A DNA stretch of 61,161 nt, filler included, from Hausera hauseri (Eukaryota): assembly GCA_046269625.1 (NCBI GenBank). It is 12 parts of 12 records of this genome, joined end to end, with 100 filler letters (N's around TTAATTAATTAA, not from the genome) between each part and the next. Parts side by side here need not be neighbours in the genome. Positions count along the whole stretch, not along the records: positions 36,006 to 41,761 come from JBJURY010193971.1; positions 41,862 to 46,166 come from JBJURY010646219.1; 10 more parts are not named here. The stretch is one strand, 5' to 3'. The notes below the pieces were generated by a model. It worked only from the letters and a program-made list of their open reading frames with translations. It had not been told where the DNA came from and made no database searches. Position numbers and translations under genes: made by a program. Below, one piece after another: positions 36,006 through 46,266 of this stretch. Each line of letters opens with the position of its first letter. Position 1 is the stretch's first letter.

Positions 36006-36605
36006 TATGGGTTTGAGATTTGCAACGGCGGTTTTCAAATAAAAGACATTGTCGCTGCTTTTAAGCCGAATCATGACTTTAACACCGGGCAGTAGGTATT
36101 TCGGCTGATCGAAAAAGTCAAAGTACAGCGGTACACACATTGTAAGTACTTCTGATTCTGCCACCCATGCCTGACGGTTTGCCGGAGTGGCGTCATATCC
36201 GATGATTTTCGTCAAGTGAGTCGTTTTCCTCTCAGTATTGTAATTCAGAGCCGTTTCAATGAGTGCTTTGATACTGTATAGACTGATGTTGTCTTCGATT
36301 TTGACATTGTTCAGTCAGTGAAGCCTCCTGGAACAGTGTGAGGAAAAAGTAATTGGCTGATGTGACAATGTCTGTTGCAGGAGAACCGTTGACGAGTCCT
36401 TTTTAACAAGGACTTTTACATAGAGTAACGTATCGTTTAAATCCAGGTATTCATTGTCCGATACCATAATGTTGAATTGAATGTCAATGTTATTGTTCGT
36501 TGAAAACGAATCAACGGGGTAGATTTCTTCAAATGCCGCATTGTCAATAATAACTTGTGGCGCGCCTTTATCAAATATACACAATTCAGATATTTCAGAT
36601 GCCAT
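36006..36605 (-). pseudogene. Polinton major capsid protein, N-terminal half
   Basis: SELCIFD..PQV.I...EEIYP...IQFNI..EYLDLNDTLLYVKV, and PLYFDFFDQPKYLLPGVKVMIRL. Confidence 0.9.
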
Positions 36606-36616
36606 TTGTCTATCAA

Positions 36617-36982
36617 TCAATCGAAAATCTTACGATGGCGACGTTTGCTTATAGCTGATGAGCTCGATGATGCTCTACGGCGTTTTCTCATCATCAAGCC
36701 ACTGAAAAGAAATTGTTTTTTGACCGATTCAACGACTCCCGGTGTCGAGTTTTTTATTTCTAACAAGGCGTGTTCCTTCATAGATGGTAAAATCAATTTG
36801 TTTTCATATAGTACGTCCTGTGCTTTTTTTTCTGTCACGGTTCCAATACGCTTCAACACCGGAAATTCTAAATGTGCCAATGTACGCAACCATCCAGAGC
36901 CATACTGTGTACCAACGAAATGCGACAGTTCACCGCCCTGCTTGGGTTTACTGCAAATGGAAACGAGTTCGGAATCAATCAT
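36617..36982 (-). CDS. Small Polinton virion core-type protein upstream of the major capsid gene
   Basis: QGG..FVGTQYGSGWLRTL..PVLK motif and a basic KRRR..KRRHRKIF tail. Conserved position between the penton and MCP genes. Confidence 0.7.
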   Translation of the reverse strand: MIDSELVSICSKPKQGGELSHFVGTQYGSGWLRTLAHLEFPVLKRIGTVTEKKAQDVLYENKLILPSMKEHALLEIKNSTPGVVESVKKQFLFSGLMMRKRRRASSSSSAISKRRHRKIFD

Positions 36983-36989
36983 GTTGGAT

Positions 36990-38057
36990 TCGACGGAAAT
37001 GAAGAGTTAGACTGGTTGTGATACCGTACGAAAATTCAATAAGTTAGCCCGCGTCTCATCGGATATTCTCTTCAACATTGTTTATAGATGTAGATGCCAC
37101 AGGTAGGTACATTGGATTATTGAGTTTGACAATGACATTGTCGCCAGCAATATACTTGCTGCTATCCGAATAAATTGCATGGAGTAGCGGTACACGTACT
37201 CCACCGACCAAAATTGGTTCGGTGATATTCACGTAAACGTACATTTGACTTAGTCCAGTTTTCAGTTTGGGTTTAAGTGTTGCAACATTTGCCGCTGCTG
37301 TCTTCGTATTCGATGCCTCAAACCGCTGTTTTTCAAAACCCAATACCATGGTCAAAGCTTTGTCCAACGAAATGCCGACAATATCCTTAGCCAGTTCAAA
37401 TTTAATGTACGCACTTGCATCTAATTCGAAAACTTTAAATATCGCCTTGTACTTTTGATTTGAAAAAACTTTTTGACAGAAATGTGCTAAAGATTTGCAA
37501 TAGACATTGTCTCCAATCGATACGTATGACGTTGACACCCTTTCTACTGTATAGGTAAATTTCACCGTTGTCTAATAATATACGGGACTTAATCTTGGAC
37601 CAACTACACATTCATTTTTAATATGTTTACCTTTGTACTCTGTATTTTCGAACCCAAATTTCTGCGCCATCTCAGAGGACTCAAAGGTAACAGTAAATTC
37701 AAAATTTGTCATAAAATGTAAGTTTTGATCTAAAATAAAAACACCGATTTTGCCGTGTGAACCGTAATTTGCTTCGGTCGTGCAAATGGCCGATTCTCCA
37801 ACTGTTATTTTATTGCTAGTAAGTATCAGAAGACAAGAATGTGTTTTGGTTTCAGTAACAGTCGTGTTGTACATTATTTTCATACAACTTTTCAATGTCA
37901 CCGGTGCGTAGGGGAACTTAAATTCCGTCAGTGCAACCTCCCATTGTCTAGCAGATAAACACAAAGGATTGTTCCAATCTACAACGTATTCAATGGCTGA
38001 ATTGTTCGGACGAGTCGTCGAACAACTGTTGCTCGTCAACACCATGTAAATACTCAT
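36990..38057 (-). pseudogene. Minor capsid (penton-like) gene, copy B
   Basis: YMVLTSNS..PNN...WEVALTE N-terminus; MYVYVNITEPILVGGVRVPLL..NPMYLPV C-terminus. ORFs 37572-38057 and 37056-37565 are in frame across one TAG. Confidence 0.85.
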
Positions 38058-38069
38058 GATTTCGATAAT

Positions 38070-39142
38070 GATAATGATGATGGTGATACTGTTGACGCAG
38101 TTTGTTTACTATCGACGTTGACGACGTCGAAAATGTAACGTTAAGTGTGTCGTTGATCCGAACAGAAATTTAATGGGTTCCCAAAATTCATCAAACATAT
38201 ACACGGAAATACTGTTCACAATATTGAGAGACAGTGATAAGTACATGGGTCTGAACGTAATAACGCGAACAGTTTCACCCGATGATGTTTTGTACGTGTC
38301 AGAATCCAGTCTGAAGTCAGCAGTTGTTTACGTTCTCCACCAACGAGTACGGATTCGGTTAAGTTTGTTACAATGTTGATTCGGTGAAATGTTCCATAGA
38401 GTTGTGGTTGGTATTTGTCAACAATAAATCGTTCAACAATGCTTTGATAAAATTCATGTCGTGAAAAACCCAGATTCCGAGCCAATAATTAATCAAAGGC
38501 AAAATATGTAATATTGTCATGGAGTGTAATCGAAATATGACCATCTTCGTTTATTTCACATGTCTTTACGGCTAATGTAGTCGTTTTCTTGACGTATTCA
38601 CACAATTCCAGTTAGGTTTCCATTAGTAAATCGTGTGGTACAATACTTGAGCGGAAGACTGATTCTGACTTAGTTTACTTTACTATAATATCAGATTCCG
38701 CATCGGATAAAGAGTCCAATTTTTCACCAATTATAACATGTTCACCTATCCGTAGACGTTTTGAGTGTACATTGACTGGTTGAAAACCCCATGCCTGAGC
38801 ATCAACTATAGAATTAAACTGCATTTCCATGGGATTTCGATGCATTAGTTTCATACGGTAGTTTGAAAAATCAACATAAACCGAGAAATGTCGCGAATAA
38901 TTGCGAAGAGTATATCGGTTATTGTGTCGGATTGTCCGCAAAGGACTTGAAATAGGGTACGTTTCTTGTCGGGTAAAGTAAATACCACTGTTTTGACGTA
39001 TTGTCATTGGTGAAAATGTAAATTTGAATTCCGTCAAAGCCACTTCCCAGGCTCTCTGTGCAATGGTAAACTGTTTAACGGTATTGTCATGTTGTGATAA
39101 TGATCTGTTAATATCAAGTACAAAGCAAATGCTGCTGCTCAT
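38070..39142 (-). pseudogene. Minor capsid (penton-like) gene, copy A
   Basis: WEVALTEFKF near the N-terminus and TNLTESVLVGGERKQLL near the C-terminus, paralogous to copy B. Confidence 0.75.
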
Positions 39143-40190
39143 TGAATCTGTGATGCAAAAATCCAACTCGATGCAGTGTATCCGTGCCTCTTGATGAGAT
39201 ATTGTTCATTCGAACCTTTGCCACGTGAACGTAGAATTTCTCAAATACTTTATACATCGGGTTTCTCGGGCAGTACCTGCAGTTTCTGTTTGTAGAATTT
39301 ACCGCGTATTTCCTCACCGTTTTTATCCTGTAAAACGTACATGACAGGTATTTGTTTTGTGTTGATTGCCGAAATGCGGGAAACCTTGTCGCTCCAGTTC
39401 TGATTGAAATTCTTAATGAATGGTGTAATACTTATTTTCAAAATGCGTACGTAAGCACCGATTTTATATTTTGGGTGTTTAATTGCTCGTTGTCGGTTTT
39501 TATAAAGTCACATGTCCAAATCATCGATTACGTCAACCGGACGCATTCCGTTGATTCCACGGTGTGTCGAGTAATTATGTACATGAATAATATCCGGCAG
39601 GACATCTACACAGCGTTTGTTGCCTTGCTTCGTAAAGAATTTATTTAGACGACAACGCAATGTTCGATTAAATCGTTCAACGAGTACAGCCTTGTATTGG
39701 AAAACACCGAGTAGTGATTTACGCCGAACCGTTTCAAGACAGCTGCAACGTGGGCGTTGTAGTATTCCTTACCCAAATCCGTTTGTAAATGTTTCCAAAG
39801 CTGTTGTTGTTGCTGAATCAGTGTCTGAACAGCGTCGGCAATCTCTTTACCGGATTTAGGTTTCACGGCAATTGCACGTGCAAAACGACTAAACACATCA
39901 ACGCATGTCAGCACGTACCGATACCTACGGTTGATGCTGGCGTATGGAATCATTTCCATCAGATCCATTTGCCATACGTTATTTACACCGAAAGCACGGT
40001 ATGCACGAGTTGGAAACCGCCTTCTTATCGGTTTGTTTAGGCTGTATGCTGTTTCCCGAGCCAACGTTGGGTTTGTCACCCAGTCTGTTTGACAGTCTTT
40101 GCCAGTTTGTCGACGCCAGTATAGCTGACGGGATGACGCGGATCGAACCACACGTCGCTCATCGTTGCCCTCGGTGTTGTTGACTATGTC
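39140..40190 (-). pseudogene. Polinton retroviral-like integrase with C-terminal chromodomain-like segment
   Basis: AYSLNKPIRRRFP, WQMDL, YVLTCVDVFSRFA, LQTDLGKEYYN, VERFNRTL, GEEIRGKFY. Frameshifted. Confidence 0.93.
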
Positions 40191-40310
40191 GTTTTCATTA
40201 GCATTACAGCAATTAGAAAGAAACGTTGATGAAAGATTCGGTAAACTGGGACTAAATGATGAAAACCATGCACTCATGTCGCTACATCATCATATACTTA
40301 TCGTCATTGT

Positions 40311-40640
40311 TTATACTATGCTGCAAAACCAGAGTCCGCCCAATAATAATGTGACAACCGGTAGAATTGCACCAAGGAATCCGCCATCTTGCTGGTATAT
40401 GAATTCTCGTTTTAGTCGTTTACTACGAGCGTTGGCAAGGCCAATGAGCCGTTTTCGATACTTTAGTAAATTCCGCTTTCCACTACCAATGTCAACGTGA
40501 CCCACAACGATAATGTATAAAATTTCCATCAAATCGTCTACTACAAATTGCGGAAATGATCGCAGCATGTTTCGCTTATGTCTCGTAGGTGCCTTGAGCA
40601 AAGCAATAAAGTACGGCTGACTACCTTTGAATATCGCATT
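40311..40640 (-). CDS. Small conserved Polinton virion protein ending in Q.GGFL amphipathic helix
   Basis: LMEI..IV.G.V.I...LLKYRKRL..LA...KR..QQDGGFLGAILP. Located between the ATPase and integrase genes. Confidence 0.72.
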   Translation of the reverse strand, partial: NAIFKGSQPYFIALLKAPTRHKRNMLRSFPQFVVDDLMEILYIIVVGHVDIGSGKRNLLKYRKRLIGLANARSKRLKREFIYQQDGGFLGAILPVVTLLLGGLWFCSIV

Positions 40641-40868
40641 TTTTTTCTTTTTGGACGTATTGATGCTGATGAGACGTAGTTGTCTATAACCGTTGCCACT
40701 GTGACGGTAATTTGCGTCTAGTTGTTGTTCAACGAAGCACAGAATTGATTAATCGCTTGACTGTAGCGGCGCTTCGTTTTTATACACGTTTCTTGACGCT
40801 GGACACCCGCTTGGTAGGTTTACGTTTAAGAATTGTTTTTCGGAAATTCTTCATTTTTACTACTATCA

Positions 40869-41500
40869 TCACCATGTCGATTTTCGAATTTGCTTATAGA
40901 CATACACGCTTTTCGGATTGAAATTATCTGTTTGTATACGCATGTCATCTGAAAATTGTTGTATAAAGTCAATAAGCAGATACCCGTGTGGCTTGATCGT
41001 AGCATCACGATATGCATCGATTAAATAGGCCCGGTTGTGAGGAAATGCTGATCGTGCTACGGGAGTTGGATCACGGGGATTTTTGAACAGTACCAAACAG
41101 TATACATTTAGATTTCGTGCTGGATGCTGTCCATCTGAATGGAACATGTTTCGCGTAATGAAAATTACCGTTACACTACGGTGTCGTGCAATCTTAATGA
41201 ACATATTATTGAAGTCGGTTTGTTTGGCGGCCTGTTTAAATAAATCGTCAATAACAATAATTTCACCGTGTCTTAAACATTCAGACCATTTCTATTACCG
41301 TTATCGATTTTAATTTACAAAATTCTTGATGTGTCAGACCGGAATCTCCACCACTGGAACCCTGATACCTGTAAATGTGATTGAACCGTGGTGAATGGGA
41401 TATGTTGTGGTATTTCTGCAATAGCTTACAAACAAGGTGTGTTTTACCACTTTCATTTGGGCCTACATACTGGAAAATTGCATTATTCTGCAGCATTATG
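40869..41500 (-). pseudogene. FtsK/HerA-like (A32-type) DNA packaging ATPase
   Basis: Walker A GPNESGKT, Walker B IIVIDDL, ARHR.VTVIFI, LFKNPRD, PHGYLLID. Confidence 0.92.
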
Positions 41501-42420
41501 TTAATAAGATACGCTTCGTCACGCGTTTTTGTTTATATTCACGCCATACAGATATATAAATATTGCTACAGTATGAACACTGTTTCCATAATGTTAGCCA
41601 ATATCAACTATCAGGGACATGTTACAGAGTGGATTAACGCATTACCATTTAATTAATGGAAGCCGAGGCAATATGTCCACAAATATCCACTGGATTTTAC
41701 ATGTATTATATTTCAATCGGGAAAGTGTCGTATTATGAGTTTTCTCAAACCAATCACAAATNNNNNNNNNNNNNNNNNNNNNNNNNNNNNNNNNNNNNNN
41801 NNNNNTTAATTAATTAANNNNNNNNNNNNNNNNNNNNNNNNNNNNNNNNNNNNNNNNNNNNCAATCAAAAGATACAATGTAAGTATTAAAAAAGAAAAAT
41901 ATTACAAAAATAAAGCCGAAGTTGAAGGAATATACAGTAAGAAGGATGATAATACAGTATCATTAAATAGAAAATTAAGTTAGTCAAAGTTCATAGCTGG
42001 ATCACAATGTCACTGGAACGCAATTCTGATAACTGATCTTCTGTCTGGATTCCATAGAGATTCTCCAATATATAATCGTTTGAGGATCAGTACATAATCA
42101 TCCGAAGGTTTGCTTTGTAAGTATCGTTGAGTATTAAGGGTTTTCCTGCCTTGGCTTAGGGATGAGGATAAGATCCATCTGAATTGAAATAGGTTTCATG
42201 GTGACAATAGTTTCGTCATCTAATTCTTTGAGAATTTCTGATTGGTATCTGATACCAGCCATATGTAGTGTTTGATATTGTGAACTTTTATATATTATAG
42301 CCACAAGTTTTCCAAAGTCGGGATTTGTATACAACTGTTTTTAGTTGTAATTTTTGATTTTGGCTGATGTACATAAAATACATTTACTGTTCTAGTTTTT
42401 CCTCCGTATAAAAGAACTGA

Positions 42421-44004
42421 TCATTTTTTTCCAATCTGTTGAATTTCTCGTTGTTCTTTCTCTAGTTTCTGCATTATCATATCAGTTTGTTTCTTTATTT
42501 GATCGAACACACTTGGTGTATTACTTTGTATGACTTCTTGTTTATACTCAAGATGATATTTCTCTGGTATTTTTTGAAACGAACCGTTGTGGACTAGGTT
42601 ATTTGGTGGTGATGTCCATTCCAGTGTTAACTTTTCATTGGAACATTTTTCGGTGATGAGAACGTGAATTCGCATGATTAGCTGTAACACAGATTCAGCT
42701 TGCTTAGGAAAATGTTCATCAATTCCGTATACTTGGGGTAATTGAGTGAGATTGACTTTTTGTAGTCCCATCTCATGAAATCGATCCTTTGTATTGGATA
42801 AAGCCAATAAGTCAATTATTCCATGCAGAACTTCGATAGGAATTCGTAGTGCTTTCAATAAGGCTACAGTGTTAACCGATATTATCGTATATCCAAATAG
42901 GTATTTGATTATTTCTTGACGAACAGTTTCTTCATCTTCTGCCTGCATCATAAGAGCTAATGTTATTCCGTGGTGATGCTCATTAGTATTAGATATCCTT
43001 GTTCTAGGATTACTAAAGGCATGATAAATTAACAACTTTTTCTCGTCTGCGATTGTGATTTCGATTGGTACTGGGTTACCTTTAACTCCATACGCAAACG
43101 ATGCTGCAAGATACCTATAATTGACAACTGTGGTTAGTTGAAAATTATTGGTATTTTGAATATCTGGTAATGTATGAAACAATGGTGATTGCAGTCCGAT
43201 TAGCATATCCTCTTTGGAGACTATTTCAAATGCTAATACTGCCGGTGTAGTAATTATTCTGAATCGAATAGGAGTTCTCATTGCTAAGTGAGAGATTTCT
43301 ATAGTGGCGTAGGCAGATTTGATTGCTTTATCCTTGTTACTGGAGGAATAATTGTCATTGCCAGAAACAAATTGTATTTGTCCTTGAGCAATGTGTATAT
43401 AAAGGAAGTCGTATCGATCTTGTATTTTTAGCAATTGTTGCAGACTGATAGTGTAGTGTGGTTTTTCCATTGATATTATCCGGAAACTGCGATTGTGGCA
43501 TGTTGATTCTTTGAGTTGATTATCCAGAAACTTGGCTTCTGGAAAAAATATATCTGGATTTTGCTCTGAGAATTGTAAAATAGTTTTATAGAACTTGGAA
43601 GAGAATCGATTTTTTGGTCCTTCGTGTAGGACTATATGTTTTTGTAGTAACTCTTCCCAAGTTTTGTTTTTGATTTTTTCTTCTCGGCCTTCAGCCAGAT
43701 TCTTATTCATATTTGTTTTTAATTCTTGATATTTCTGCTTCTTTTCTGATGGTATTTCTGAGAAATCTGGTGGTGGTCTTCTTATTTCAACAACTGATTT
43801 TAGTGGTTTTGGTAAAATTGAAGGAACTGATTGTGGCTGATATTGTAATATTCCACATACCATTGGTGGTCCAAATGATGGATTTGAAAATCGTAATTCT
43901 TGGCTGGGTGGTATAACCCTTCGTTTAGGGTTAGGGACCACAGTTTGTACTGATGCATCCGAATCGGAACCGGAATCGTCCAGATCAATTTGGAAATGTG
44001 CCAT
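42421..44004 (-). CDS. 527-aa Gypsy cargo ORF (3' part of the 728-codon frame) with putative inactive retropepsin-like and DEDDh exonuclease-like domains
   Basis: Uninterrupted frame with an internal ATG at 44004 (MAHFQIDLDDSGSDSD). Domain calls are by eye only. Confidence 0.6.
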   Translation of the reverse strand: MAHFQIDLDDSGSDSDASVQTVVPNPKRRVIPPSQELRFSNPSFGPPMVCGILQYQPQSVPSILPKPLKSVVEIRRPPPDFSEIPSEKKQKYQELKTNMNKNLAEGREEKIKNKTWEELLQKHIVLHEGPKNRFSSKFYKTILQFSEQNPDIFFPEAKFLDNQLKESTCHNRSFRIISMEKPHYTISLQQLLKIQDRYDFLYIHIAQGQIQFVSGNDNYSSSNKDKAIKSAYATIEISHLAMRTPIRFRIITTPAVLAFEIVSKEDMLIGLQSPLFHTLPDIQNTNNFQLTTVVNYRYLAASFAYGVKGNPVPIEITIADEKKLLIYHAFSNPRTRISNTNEHHHGITLALMMQAEDEETVRQEIIKYLFGYTIISVNTVALLKALRIPIEVLHGIIDLLALSNTKDRFHEMGLQKVNLTQLPQVYGIDEHFPKQAESVLQLIMRIHVLITEKCSNEKLTLEWTSPPNNLVHNGSFQKIPEKYHLEYKQEVIQSNTPSVFDQIKKQTDMIMQKLEKEQREIQQIGKK

Positions 44005-45470
44005 TTTGTCGAATTGTATTCTAAAAGAAAATATTAACGTTTGATTTCGTTTTTGTACGAAATCAGTTTGTGTGGGTAGATAAATTTTTATTGGTTGTTC
44101 ATATGAACCTTCAACAACTGGTTGGTTAAAAAGATTTCTAGTTTGGACATGTAAGCTTTCTACATCTTTAGAGATCGTAGTCAGCTTTAGCTCACTTACG
44201 CTTAATTTTGTCAATTCCACAGTTATCGTAGCAACATTTGTTACTTGTAAACAACACATAACAAACATTGTCGTTATTAAGGGTTGCATTTTTGTATTGA
44301 TTAAGTTTAACTGCATATGACTTGTATTTCTTTTATTTACGTCAGTTTGTCTCGTAAAGATCTGCAATTGTTTTTTCTGGTTCTTTATTATATTTCTTTT
44401 TCTCTTCCATACAAGTAACTGTCGTACAGTAAATGGTGTTGTGATAATTAACAAAAATGTCAATATTACTATAAACGGTATTATAGTTTTTAACATATTT
44501 GGTTCATATATTGTATCATCTGTATATGTCTTTGTTAGATATATTGGTTGGTATGGTATGTTTTTAGATGAGTATATTTTAGTTTGAGTCCTAATTTTGT
44601 TATGCAAGGTTTGTTTACCTTCTTGTGTAAAAATTACTAAATACTCTTCATCAGGTTAAAGTTCAGAACATCTTGTAGTTCTTTCTTTTTCTTTAATTAC
44701 CGAATAAATGATATGATATTTTCCTATGCATGATATCTGTATCGGTTGAGTAGCTGGAGTTAGGGTTTTGAACTCGATGTACGCATCTTTAATTATGTTT
44801 GAAACTGATGGTATGTTCTGTAGGACTTGTGGCTTAACCTGCAAGACTTTTTTACTTACTATAATTGTAATTTCGATTCTAGTTATTGGACTAGTTGTTA
44901 GAACTGAAATTTCGAAAAATTGTGGAACTGACATTTGAATATGGTAGTGTAGGGCCTTTTACCTGACGTGTGAATAAGAAATTTCGGGAAATAATAAGTG
45001 ATTTGTAAGTCAACATCTGAATTTAGCGTGGGTCTTTTTAGATCGATTTTATCTATAAGTCTAGGTTCCGTATCTTTATCTTGAGTAAAGAAAAAAGATT
45101 GACCTATCTTTTCTATATGTACTTGTCTGGCTATCGGCTCAAATTCATTTTGTTTAGCCAATATACCATCCACTGGAAGGTAATAAAGTTGTAATATGCA
45201 TACTTCATTCATAAGAGGTACCTTACATTGTTTTGTAAGTAACCATATATCTTGTTTACTAGGTGGGATCATTAAATATCCTATTTTTGAAAATACAGGT
45301 TCTCCTTCGAGTAGACAATCTATCAAATAAGGTTCATATTTCCAACTAATTTTGATTTTTAAATTTAGGTTTGCATTTACTGGTTCGGTTACTAACGTTT
45401 GACCTACTGTTGATAAAATGAATCCCAAAATTACTACTAAAAATAGTAATTCTTCTAGACTACAGGCTGG
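44005..45470 (-). pseudogene. Env-like / type-I membrane protein region following integrase
   Basis: Signal-like LLFLVVILGFILSTVG, about 300-aa beta-rich region, TM IIPFIVILTFLLIITTPFTV followed by KRKR. One frameshift (about 44935) and one TAA (44656). Confidence 0.55.
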
Positions 45471-45499
45471 TTTAATAGTAGTCTTTTTATATGATCTAA

Positions 45500-46166
45500 G
45501 CGAATATTTAGGTTTATAATGAGGTGTAGGTTCTTTCGGTTCTTTAGTTACTCTCTGTACGGATACACACTCTATTCTGGTTTTCTTGCCAGTACCTTTT
45601 TCTATAAAGACATTTTCTGGAGTCGATTTTACTACCAGATACGGTCCTTTACCAGTTCTAGTTAATTTTAAGGATTTGCCTGGTTTGGCAACGGGATAAT
45701 GTATCATTACTTTATCGCCTGGTTGAAAGTTATGAGGGTTACTCTTTTTATCATATTGTTCCTTATAAGTTGCTTTGTATTCGCGTATGGCATATTTAGC
45801 TCTAATCCAATAATTAGCAAGACTATGTACAACGCCTGCATGAATAACTTCTTCATCCGTATTGATAGGAATGTCCTTTTCTGGCAACAGCTGTATATCT
45901 AATGGTAGAAGAGGTTTTCTGCCATAAAGCAATTCAAACGGTGTATACTTACTAGATGTCGGTGTGGTAGCTATTGCGAATTGAACTACTTTTAAATGTT
46001 CATCCCAATCCTTCTGGGATTTATCTATCATTGTTGACAGGAGACACTGGACGGTGTAGTTTAATCGTTCTACTTTTCCATTACATTGTGGATGATATGC
46101 TGTGGTTAGCAATCGCTTAGTTTGACATATGTCAGTTATTTCTCTTAGTAATTGGCTTCTAAAATT
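45500..46166 (-). mobile_element. Ty3/Gypsy integrase core and GPY region (third family)
   Basis: TTAYHPQCNGKVERLN, DWDEHL, TPFELLYGRKP, FQPGDKV, KGPYLV. Confidence 0.95.
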
Positions 46167-46266
46167 NNNNNNNNNNNNNNNNNNNNNNNNNNNNNNNNNN
46201 NNNNNNNNNNTTAATTAATTAANNNNNNNNNNNNNNNNNNNNNNNNNNNNNNNNNNNNNNNNNNNN

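Noticed and set aside
35220-36605. One continuous major capsid gene across the spacer
   Set aside because: The halves are on separate contigs and do not overlap in sequence.
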